A DNA stretch of 35,898 bases from a virus, in the IMG/VR virus record IMGVR_UViG_3300009690_000003; one strand, 5' to 3'. The notes beneath the pieces were generated by a model. It saw only the letters and a program-made list of their open reading frames with translations. It was not told the origin of the DNA and did no database searches. Shown in pieces: positions 1-7,119 of the stretch (position 1 is its first letter; every line of letters starts with the position of its first letter). Position numbers and translations under genes: made by a program.

Positions 1-123
1 AGCGGCCCGCCGTTTTGGGTGGCAAACAGGTGCTGGCCCATGGGATCGTCCTTGCGGTCCGCTGCCAGGTAGCGCCAGATGGCCTGGCCGGTGCGCGCTG
101 AGAAGGGTAGCATGCGCTCTTTG
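1..123. repeat. Terminal overlap identical to 35776-35898 (circular closure)
   Basis: Base-by-base reading shows nt 1-123 = nt 35776-35898. The overlap lies inside the integrase reading frame. Confidence 0.95.
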
Positions 124-686
124 AATCCCTTGCCAAACACCTTCATCTTGCGCTGTTCGAGATCCACCTGGTGGATCTTCACGTTGCACAGCTCCGAGGC
201 GCGCAGGCCGGTATCCAGCAGGGTGAGGATGATGGCGCGGTTGCGGTTGGCGCAGGGTGTGCTGTGGGTGCTGGCGCGCTTGCCCGGCCGGGTGTAGGTT
301 TTGGATTGGCCGAGCACGGACAGCATGGCCCGGATGTGCTCGAGGGGGATCGGCTGGATGGTGCGCTGCTCGGGCCTGGGCCGGTCAATCCCGTGCATGT
401 GATGCTCGTGGGCGTAGCCTTCAGCCACGGCCCAGGTATAGAGCGCGCTCAGTCCGGTGTGATAGTTGAGCAGGGTCTTATTGGAGAGATGTTTTTGGGC
501 TGCCAGGAACTGGCGGATGTGCTTTTTGGTGATGGTTGAAAAATAGGGGTCTGATCCGAGATGTTTTTTGAATTGATTGAAAGTGTTGTTGTAATCCCTG
601 ATGGTGTGGACGCTGAGCGCGCGTGCCTGGGCGGCGAGGTTATAGCCTTCGATCACCTGGGAAAGGGTTAAATTGAATGCGTTCAT
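1..686 (-). CDS. int: Tyrosine integrase, N-terminal two thirds (continues at 35526-35898 across the circular junction)
   Basis: Minus-strand ATG at 686-684. Translation MNAFNLTLSQVIEGYNLAAQARALSVHTIRDY...AIILTLLDTGLRASELCNVKIHQVDL contains the SAM-like N domain and the first catalytic Arg. It joins in frame to the C-terminal part (HDFRHT, LGHTTLDMVKRY), giving 311 aa in total. Confidence 0.92.
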   Translation of the reverse strand, partial: MNAFNLTLSQVIEGYNLAAQARALSVHTIRDYNNTFNQFKKHLGSDPYFSTITKKHIRQFLAAQKHLSNKTLLNYHTGLSALYTWAVAEGYAHEHHMHGIDRPRPEQRTIQPIPLEHIRAMLSVLGQSKTYTRPGKRASTHSTPCANRNRAIILTLLDTGLRASELCNVKIHQVDLEQRKMKVFGKGFKERMLPFSARTGQAIWRYLAADRKDDPMGQHLFATQNGGP

Positions 687-712
687 CCGTGAGGCCTCCG
701 GTTGGTGGATTG

Positions 713-748
713 CAGTTCCGATAATAAAAAATCCAGTTCCGATAATTA
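713..748. promoter_or_regulatory. Two direct copies of operator-like 15-mer CAGTTCCGATAAT(A/T)A upstream of int
   Basis: Copies at 713-727 and 734-748. The same 15-mer recurs in inverted form at 3520-3534, upstream of the primase gene. Confidence 0.6.
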
Positions 749-873
749 TTATCAGACTTTTTTTTATCACCTGCCTTTGGTATCCGTGTGCACGGAGGTT
801 ATGGGGAATGTGTGGTTTTTGCAAACCTGTGTCCCCACGGATGGGTGGATGTGGTCATCCGTGGGGACTGAGG

Positions 874-920
874 TCGGGGCGAGCGGATTTGAACCGCTGG
901 CCTCACGGACCCGAACCGTT
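874..920 (-). other. tRNA-Pro(CGG) 3' fragment (anticodon arm to discriminator), putative attP core
   Basis: The minus strand reads AACGG-TTCGGGT-CCGTG-AGGCC-AGCGG-TTCAAAT-CCGCT-CGCCCCG-A. It has U33, anticodon CGG, G37, a perfect T arm, G72 and A73. There is no D arm, no 5' acceptor strand and no CCA. Confidence 0.7.
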
Positions 921-1008
921 ATTCCCGTAAATCAAACCGGCGTCCTCATGGGCAGGTGATTGCCAGTATCCGTGAGGTTGCCGGTATTCCCATCCGTGCG
1001 CACGCCGG

Positions 1009-1380
1009 TCAGTCATCCGTGGGTACGGAGGTTGTGTGATTATTCTCAAATGCAATCGCCAGGATCAGCCTGATCTGGTCCTGGCTGAGCAGATGCCACA
1101 CCGCCGTGAGTTGTTTCAACTGGGGGTCAGGCCGGGCCAGGCCCAGCACATCGTAGATCTCAGGGCCGAGTTTGGCGGCGATCTTTTCCAGAGATGCTTT
1201 ATCAGGCTTTTTCCGACGTTCATTAATGTAATGACTTAGCTGAACTTGATCAAGACCAAGGTATTCTGCAAATTCACGCTGCGTTGTAACTTCACCCCTT
1301 TCACGCATCCAGTTAATAAATTGAAGTTCAAGCCAACTGGCGAATTCTGATTTGCTATTCATGTTAACAATTCTAAGCAT
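1009..1380 (-). CDS. CI-like XRE-family HTH repressor
   Basis: The segment TQREFAEYLGLDQVQLSHYINERRKKP is a helix-turn-helix. The gene is divergent from a second HTH gene across an AT-rich promoter region. The start codon (1380 or 1362) is uncertain. Confidence 0.8.
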   Translation of the reverse strand: MLRIVNMNSKSEFASWLELQFINWMRERGEVTTQREFAEYLGLDQVQLSHYINERRKKPDKASLEKIAAKLGPEIYDVLGLARPDPQLKQLTAVWHLLSQDQIRLILAIAFENNHTTSVPTDD

Positions 1381-1404
1381 TCCTGATTAATAAGTAAATG
1401 GCTA

Positions 1405-1459
1405 TTGACTTTTTAGAATTTATTTGATAATATATATACAGACTGTTATTCTCAATCAA
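1405..1459. promoter_or_regulatory. Back-to-back overlapping promoters of the CI/Cro-like switch
   Basis: Rightward promoter: TTGACT 1405-1410, 17-nt spacer, TAATAT 1428-1433. Leftward promoter: TTGATT (complement of 1454-1459), 17-nt spacer, TATATA (1431-1436). The two -10 elements overlap. Confidence 0.55.
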
Positions 1460-1462
1460 GTG

Positions 1463-1723
1463 ATGATAATGATCAATAAAATTGTTACAAAATACCGCAA
1501 AGAGATCGATCTGACCCAGGAGGACTTCGCTGAGAGCCTCTGTGTTAAATTACCTGGCGTCAGTTTGACCAAACAGGCGATCTCAAACTGGGAGCGGGGC
1601 GCTCAGACGCCCGATTATATGTTCCTGATTGCGGTCCTGATGGCCTACAACGACTGGCGGTACGACTTTGCGCTCGAGTGCCTGGCAGCGCTGCGCCCTT
1701 CGGTGTGGGCATCTACAGAGTAG
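1463..1723 (+). CDS. Cro-like XRE-family HTH protein
   Basis: LTQEDFAESLCV...SLTKQAISNWERGAQTP is an HTH_3-type motif. The ATG at 1463 is in frame with the longer track ORF. Confidence 0.75.
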   Translation: MIMINKIVTKYRKEIDLTQEDFAESLCVKLPGVSLTKQAISNWERGAQTPDYMFLIAVLMAYNDWRYDFALECLAALRPSVWASTE

Positions 1724-1761
1724 CACATTTGATCTGGTATTAGGGATAAAAGGAGACTGCC

Positions 1762-2769
1762 ATGGAGAACTTATTGAATGTGAAAGAGGCGCAGCGGCTG
1801 GATGTGCGTGAGGCCACCACCAATGACAAGTGGGCCAACGCCTTTGGGTTGTGGCTGTCGAGCAAGGCGGGCAACACCCGCCGGGCGTATGAGCTGGCCT
1901 GGGAGATGCTGATGGACTTCACGGGCAAGATGCCCTGGGAGATGGGTTCGGCGGACATCGAGGCCTGGGCGGCCGAGCTGCGCAAGGGATATTCTGAGAG
2001 CACGGTCCAGCAGCGGTTGGCTGCCGTTTCCAGTTTCTTTTCCTATGCCAAGCAGCAGTACATGGATTTTGTGGACGGGGTCGAGATGCCCCTGCACCAC
2101 TACAACCCGGCCAAGGCAGTCCAGCGGCCCAAGGTCCTGGCCTATGGCAAGGCCCATCCGCTGAGTGTTGACTCGGTCAAGGCCCTGCTGGATGCGATCG
2201 ACCGGACCACAGCCCAGGGCAAGCGGGATTATGCGCTGATCCTGGCTTTTGTGCTCACCGGCCGCCGCAACAGCGAGGTGATCAACCTGCGCTGGGGTGA
2301 CCTGGAGCAGCGTGACGGGCGGATCTGGTACCGGTGGCAGGGCAAGGGGTGTACGAGTGGTCGTTACGAGTTGCCTGCTGCTGTTTTCTTGGCCATAACC
2401 GATTGGTTGTCTTCGTCTTCACGGCTGGATGATATGCACGCTGAGGATTACATCTTTACCGCACTGAGCGATCATGCCAGGCACTTCCCGGGTGTGGAGC
2501 ACGACCCTGGGCGTCCGCTCAGCAGCCGTTATGTGCGGGACCTGGTCAAAAAGTACGCTCGGATGGCCGGGCTGGATCCCGACCTGGTGCGGGTGCACGA
2601 CCTGCGTCACACAGCAGCGATGCTGCGGGCTGAGGCGGGCGATGATGTGCGGCTGATCAGCAGCTTCCTGGGTCACAGCGACCTGCGGACCACATCCCGG
2701 TACCTGTTTCAGGTGGGCGGACGCAAGGATGAGAGCTGGGGTAAGGTCTGCGAGATGCTATCGATTTGA
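1762..2769 (+). CDS. Second tyrosine recombinase/integrase (335 aa)
   Basis: Catalytic signature present: TGRRNSEVINLRWGDL (Arg), HDLRHTAAM (HxxR), LGHSDLRTTSRY (His, Tyr). AAGGAG RBS 6 nt upstream of the ATG. Confidence 0.9.
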   Translation: MENLLNVKEAQRLDVREATTNDKWANAFGLWLSSKAGNTRRAYELAWEMLMDFTGKMPWEMGSADIEAWAAELRKGYSESTVQQRLAAVSSFFSYAKQQYMDFVDGVEMPLHHYNPAKAVQRPKVLAYGKAHPLSVDSVKALLDAIDRTTAQGKRDYALILAFVLTGRRNSEVINLRWGDLEQRDGRIWYRWQGKGCTSGRYELPAAVFLAITDWLSSSSRLDDMHAEDYIFTALSDHARHFPGVEHDPGRPLSSRYVRDLVKKYARMAGLDPDLVRVHDLRHTAAMLRAEAGDDVRLISSFLGHSDLRTTSRYLFQVGGRKDESWGKVCEMLSI

Positions 2770-2860
2770 TGTTTGATCCCGGGTGGGCTGGGGGAGCTCA
2801 CCCGGTTTGTTATGCCGGTTGTTTCGGCCTGGATTAGCAAAGGATTTATTGATGTTTGAT
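2766..2860. repeat. 12-nt direct repeat TTGATGTTTGAT (2766-2777, 2849-2860) flanking a 71-nt hairpin-containing segment
   Basis: The repeats are exact. The first overlaps the recombinase stop codon and the second overlaps the ATG of the next gene. An internal 7-bp stem CCGGGTG/CACCCGG is present. Confidence 0.6.
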
Positions 2861-3181
2861 GGTGTTGTGGCTGTGTTATTTACCTGTGTCCTGATGGCCT
2901 TGCTGCATTATCTCCCATGGCGGGGGTTGTTCCGTCGGGATCTGCCGGTGCTGGCCAGGTATGTACTCGGTGTGCTGGCGCTGGTGGGCCCGCTGTCGGT
3001 GCTGTGGGTCGTCCAGGAGGATTGGAGCAACCTGGTCCTGGTGTGGTCTGTGGTGGTCTGCGGTGGGCTGACAGTGATCCTGTTGCACGTCCTGGACGCG
3101 TCCATTGAAGCCCGTGGCCGTGCGGATATTGCAGAAGAAGAAGGGAGGCAGCTGCGTGGCCAGGCCAACAAGAGAAGTTGA
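2852..3181 (+). CDS. Small integral membrane protein
   Basis: About three hydrophobic segments (VVAVLFTCVLMALLHYL, VLGVLALVGPLSVLWVV, LVLVWSVVVCGGLTVILLHVL). AAGGA RBS before the ATG at 2852. Confidence 0.6.
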   Translation: MFDGVVAVLFTCVLMALLHYLPWRGLFRRDLPVLARYVLGVLALVGPLSVLWVVQEDWSNLVLVWSVVVCGGLTVILLHVLDASIEARGRADIAEEEGRQLRGQANKRS

Positions 3182-3197
3182 AATCAGGCGTGAGGGG

Positions 3198-3419
3198 TTG
3201 GAGGGTCAGCTGGCATGCCTTGGCAACGCCCTGTTCCTGATCGACCTTCTCACCTTCCGGGTTGGATCAGCGATTGATTACACCGGGCAGGGGCCTATGT
3301 GGGGTCCCGCCTTGGATGATCTATCCCATCTCAAGTACCTACTCAACCACACACAGGACATGATCAAAGCAAGTAACCCGTGCGTGTTCGGCTGCCACGG
3401 AGGTCTCTGTGACAAGTAG
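3198..3419 (+). CDS. Hypothetical small protein (start uncertain)
   Basis: Open frame with protein-like composition (..LSHLKYLLNHTQDMIKASNPCVFGCHGGLCDK). Only a TTG at 3198 or an ATG at 3297 is available as start. Confidence 0.3.
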   Translation: MEGQLACLGNALFLIDLLTFRVGSAIDYTGQGPMWGPALDDLSHLKYLLNHTQDMIKASNPCVFGCHGGLCDK

Positions 3420-3503
3420 CAGAAAAATTCCAAAACTTCACATTTACATTGGGGGGAGGGGTACGCCTGGCTGTGTGCGTAGAAAAGCGGTCGTGGCGTC
3501 GAT

Positions 3504-3536
3504 CACTTCCGATAACTGGTTATTATCGGAACTGGA
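3504..3536. promoter_or_regulatory. Inverted pair of the TTCCGATAA operator motif upstream of the primase gene
   Basis: CACTTCCGATAACT at 3504-3517 faces the reverse complement of CAGTTCCGATAATAA at 3520-3534. Same motif as 713-748. Confidence 0.6.
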
Positions 3537-3650
3537 ATTAGGGCAGGTTTGGCGGCTGTCGGGCGGGGGGTGGCCTGTTTTTATCGTGAAAAAGCTGGAC
3601 CCGGCTGAGTTAGGGCTCCAGATAATCGCAGCAATTTTAGAGGAAACGTT

Positions 3651-6452
3651 ATGGATATCGTTGAAGAATTGAAGAGCAAACTAACCATCGAGCAGGTGAT
3701 AGAGGCGGATGGGTACCACCTGGAAGGGACAGGGAGGTATCGCAGGGACAGCCAGCATGACAGCTTGGTGGTTGATTTGCGGGCACAAGCCTACCACTGG
3801 AACAGCTCTGATGAGCACGGTGACATTTTCAGCTGGGTGATGAAGCGTAAGGGTGCGGATTTCAAGGGAGCGGTTGAAATCCTATGCCGGATGGCAGGGT
3901 TGCCTGACCCGGATTGGGGTCATCAGGATATGAAGACGAGGATGACCACGCGAGCACGCCAGGATGCGTTCACAGCGGCTGCCAGGGTGTTTCATAAGTG
4001 GCTGCTGGCCGATGCTGACGCCCTGACCTATGTAAAAAGCCGTGGATGGACCGATGAGACGATTGCACAGGCAAACCTGGGATATTCAGGCCAGTGGTCC
4101 AACAGGGATGCGCTAATCAAGGATCTAAAGAATGAGTTTTCATATGAAGGTGTGCAATTGGATGCTCCTGCTGCTGTTGGCATCCTCGGGTGGACGGGTA
4201 ACGTAAAATCTTGGGGCGAAAAGCATGGAGTAGCGGTTAGTGAGAAGTGGGTGCAGAAGGGGGCGATCCCCGGGCTGATTGGGCGGGATATGCTGGTTTA
4301 TCCCCATATGCAGTACGGTCTGGTGTTGTATTTTTCGGGACGCGGCGTGCATGAGAAGACGCATTACAACATCCCTGAGACGCTGGCAGGCCCAAGACAG
4401 GCGTATTTCAACACAGAATGGTGCCCTGAGGCATTTGAGACCGTGATTGTAGAGGGACAAGCCTGCGCAATCACGCTGGCACAGTGGGGTATCCCGGCGG
4501 TAGCGCTGGCAGGGACATCGATCAATGAGGATCTGATCCGCAAGCTGAACAAAAACAGGGCGCTATACCTGGCGATGGACTCTGACAAGGCCGGGGAGAC
4601 ATCCGCTCGAAAGAATTTGGAGAAGATCAGTGACCCGCTGATCAGGATTGTGAGCTGGGGTGATGAACACAGCCGGGAGGGCGACAGGGATGCCAACGAC
4701 TGGCTGAAGAGCCTGGCGGCGGCTGGGATTGACGATGAGCTGCAAAGGGAGCGTGTACGGGATAAGCTGGCAGGGGCTGAGACCTGGGTGGAGATGGTGT
4801 GCGTCCAGGCGGGCCAACTTACCGGTGCCCATGGGGAGGAGGCTACACGAATAGCGATGGAGCTGGTGGCGCGAATGGACGATGTGGTGATCGCACAGTA
4901 CCGGGCGTCACTGGCCAAAGCGCTGAATATCGGGGTGCGGGATTTTCAGAACATGTTGAAGGCCGTCAGGCAAACAGCGGAACAACGGGACCTGAAAACG
5001 CTGGTGGAGGGGGAAACGCTGGGCGGGATCATCAACGGGTGGCTGATCGAGTATCTATATGATCCGGAGCAGGACCAGGCCAGGCTGGCGTACCGCAATC
5101 CCGAAGGCGAGATCGGTGAGAAGCCATACGTGGACATCGACGGTGTGCGCTATTACCCGAGCGAGCCAAATGCGTTTGTAAAGCAGGAAGTGGTGCTGTT
5201 CCCATCGAAATTAGGGCCGGTGAAATCGACCAGGGAGCTGGTGGCGATCATTGAGGCGTATATTCGGTCGGTGTATTTGTGGCCGGATACGGTATGGCCC
5301 AAGCTGGTGGCTTATTACGTGCTGCTGACGTGGATTTATGACGCGTTCAATGCGCTGCCCTACCTGCGGGCGGTGGGCGAGCCCGGATCGGGGAAGAGCG
5401 AGATGATGCGGCGGGTGGGGTATGTTTGTTACCGGATGATGACGGCAAGTGGGGCCAACACGGCCAGCACGTTCTTCAGGGCGACGGAGATGTATCGAGG
5501 GACGGTGTTCATCGATGAAGCGGACCTGCACGACGGCGGCGATATGGCGAATGACATCATCAAGTTCTTGAACCTGGGGGCGATGAAGGGCAACCCGATC
5601 AGCCGGACAGTGGAGGCGAGGGATCGGAACGGGGAACGGATATTCGTGGTGCAGCCGTTTTCGACATTTTGCCCGAAGCTGATCGCCATGCGGAAGGAAT
5701 TTAAAGACGATGCGGTGGCGACCCGGTCGTTGACGATGAACCTGATCCCCAGGGAGCCGATCGAGCTGAAGGAGGCGGGGGTCAAGCTAACGATGAATAA
5801 TGAAATGCGGCAGCATGCGCGAGAAATCCGGAATATGTGTCTGCGCTGGCGGCTGACGAACTGGGAGCCGGAGATTGAGATCGATGAAGAGGATATCGAT
5901 CTGGAAATCTCGAGCCGGTTGAACCAGGTTACGACTTCGCTGCTGCGGCTGGCCAAGGGGGACGATGCACTGAAAGCGGAGATCCGGAGCCTACTGCGAG
6001 CGTATAACCAGGACATCATCCTGGGCCGGTCAATGACGGTATTTGCGAAGGTGGTGGAAGCGCTGTGGAAGATCTGGCTGTATGAGGATTTACAGAAGGA
6101 ACACACCCAGGTGGATGCGGACGGGCGGCGGTACACGCACCCGGGGGACGTGGCCAAGATTGCGAATGAGCTGATCGACCTGGAAAACGTCCAGGATGAC
6201 GACGAGGAAGAAGGGCAATCAGCGCGGCGGAAGAAGCGGCTGACCAGCCCGGGTGTAGGGCGTTATATGAAAAACGATTTGGGATTGGTGCCTGGCGGGC
6301 GGAAAAACACAGGGATTGCATATTACTTTGATGAAAACGAGATCCGACTGAAGGGTTTGGCGAAAAGATACGGTGTGGATGTGGATTTGATCCGGGAAAA
6401 CATCGAAAAAGGAAAGAAAAATGCTCAAAAACAGGAAAAGATACCGTTTTAA
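3651..6452 (+). CDS. Bifunctional replication protein: DnaG-like primase (degenerate zinc finger plus TOPRIM) fused to a P-loop NTPase/helicase-like domain
   Basis: TOPRIM motif: VIVEGQACAITLAQWGIPAVAL...YLAMDSDKAGE. Walker A: GEPGSGKSE. Walker B: VFIDEADL. The N-terminal CHC2-like region lacks the Cys ligands. GAGGA RBS. Confidence 0.85.
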   Translation: MDIVEELKSKLTIEQVIEADGYHLEGTGRYRRDSQHDSLVVDLRAQAYHWNSSDEHGDIFSWVMKRKGADFKGAVEILCRMAGLPDPDWGHQDMKTRMTTRARQDAFTAAARVFHKWLLADADALTYVKSRGWTDETIAQANLGYSGQWSNRDALIKDLKNEFSYEGVQLDAPAAVGILGWTGNVKSWGEKHGVAVSEKWVQKGAIPGLIGRDMLVYPHMQYGLVLYFSGRGVHEKTHYNIPETLAGPRQAYFNTEWCPEAFETVIVEGQACAITLAQWGIPAVALAGTSINEDLIRKLNKNRALYLAMDSDKAGETSARKNLEKISDPLIRIVSWGDEHSREGDRDANDWLKSLAAAGIDDELQRERVRDKLAGAETWVEMVCVQAGQLTGAHGEEATRIAMELVARMDDVVIAQYRASLAKALNIGVRDFQNMLKAVRQTAEQRDLKTLVEGETLGGIINGWLIEYLYDPEQDQARLAYRNPEGEIGEKPYVDIDGVRYYPSEPNAFVKQEVVLFPSKLGPVKSTRELVAIIEAYIRSVYLWPDTVWPKLVAYYVLLTWIYDAFNALPYLRAVGEPGSGKSEMMRRVGYVCYRMMTASGANTASTFFRATEMYRGTVFIDEADLHDGGDMANDIIKFLNLGAMKGNPISRTVEARDRNGERIFVVQPFSTFCPKLIAMRKEFKDDAVATRSLTMNLIPREPIELKEAGVKLTMNNEMRQHAREIRNMCLRWRLTNWEPEIEIDEEDIDLEISSRLNQVTTSLLRLAKGDDALKAEIRSLLRAYNQDIILGRSMTVFAKVVEALWKIWLYEDLQKEHTQVDADGRRYTHPGDVAKIANELIDLENVQDDDEEEGQSARRKKRLTSPGVGRYMKNDLGLVPGGRKNTGIAYYFDENEIRLKGLAKRYGVDVDLIRENIEKGKKNAQKQEKIPF

Positions 6453-6469
6453 GTGAAGGAGTGAATATT

Positions 6470-6823
6470 ATGAAGTTTTTTTATGCCCTGGAGACCGAAA
6501 GAAAATTTGTTTTGTCATGTGCGACGATGGGAAATACAAAACAAAATATTCTACACAACCCTGGAAAATATACACAACCTACACTCCTACACAGACGAGG
6601 CAATTTACATAGGCCTGGATCATATCAAAATGGCTTATTTAATCAATTTTATATGTATATATGTTATTTATTGAAGGTTTCTAAGCGATACCGAGAATTT
6701 TTTGCCATGGCGGTTTTAGGGGTGATTCTGATGCTTTTGGTGAATGATGTATGTGAAGGTTTTTTGGGTAAAGAAACTACACTCGAAAAGGGTGAATATA
6801 CACTCCTACACGGGTGCAGGTGA
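6470..6823 (+). CDS. Questionable ORF inside the AT-rich iteron region
   Basis: A good AAGGAG RBS lies 8 nt before the ATG, but the composition is odd and the ORF overlaps the repeated TACACAACC / ACACTCCTACAC motifs. The region may be non-coding origin DNA. Confidence 0.3.
   Translation: MKFFYALETERKFVLSCATMGNTKQNILHNPGKYTQPTLLHRRGNLHRPGSYQNGLFNQFYMYICYLLKVSKRYREFFAMAVLGVILMLLVNDVCEGFLGKETTLEKGEYTLLHGCR
6552..6811. repeat. Iteron-like repeats in an AT-rich region directly downstream of the primase gene (putative ori)
   Basis: TACACAACC at 6552-6560 and 6571-6579. ACACTCCTACAC at 6581-6592 and 6800-6811, both preceded by ATATACAC-type sequence. This is the lowest-GC stretch of the replication module. 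Confidence 0.5.
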
Positions 6824-6859
6824 AAGTTTAAAGTTGAAAGGAAAGGATTGGAGGAAAAC

Positions 6860-7048
6860 ATGTGCAATAAGGAAGAATTTGAAAGGGAGAATGCTGCAGC
6901 TGAGGTGCGGTTGAAATCGTTGGAGGCGCTGGAGCCGAAGTGCAACTGGTCCAGCCCGTGCCCGACGCGGGAAGAGCAGGAGGCCAGGGAACGGTGGAAG
7001 TGGTTGATGGATCGGCAGAGTGAGTTTGAGGAGAAGTGGAATTTGTGA
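6860..7048 (+). CDS. Hypothetical small acidic protein
   Basis: GGAGGA RBS 4 nt before the ATG. Helical, charged sequence. Confidence 0.5.
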   Translation: MCNKEEFERENAAAEVRLKSLEALEPKCNWSSPCPTREEQEARERWKWLMDRQSEFEEKWNL

Positions 7049-7119
7049 GATTGATCCCCGCTCCGCTGACGGTTCGGGGAGTGCGTCGCAGGCTCGCAAT
7101 GACAAAAAAGGAGATTTTG

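Larger units (their letters stand above)
685..1037. promoter_or_regulatory. attP region: tRNA-derived core flanked by ATCCGTG arm-type repeats
   Basis: ATCCGTG occurs at 685, 782, 836 (inverted), 857, 968, 992 and 1015. A 23-nt repeat ATCCGTGKGYACGGAGGTTRTG lies at 782-804 and 1015-1037 (20/23 identical) on either side of the tRNA fragment. The region is adjacent to the integrase start. Confidence 0.7.

Noticed and set aside
874-945. First reading of the tRNA-like fragment as a class II (Ser/Leu) tRNA with a long variable arm and a UGA-like anticodon loop at 925-940.
   Set aside because: The supposed anticodon stem does not pair. Re-parsing gives a canonical class I layout with anticodon CGG, a 5-nt variable loop and a Pro-type acceptor end.
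673-959. Two 85-aa plus-strand ORFs across the integrase-attP spacer.
   Set aside because: They run through the operator repeats, the ATCCGTG sites and the tRNA-Pro fragment. They have no RBS and implausible composition. The region is better explained as attP and regulatory DNA.
3409-3672. 87-aa ORF upstream of and overlapping the primase start.
   Set aside because: It has a GTG start without an RBS. It spans the operator palindrome and overlaps the primase ATG. It is more likely regulatory DNA.
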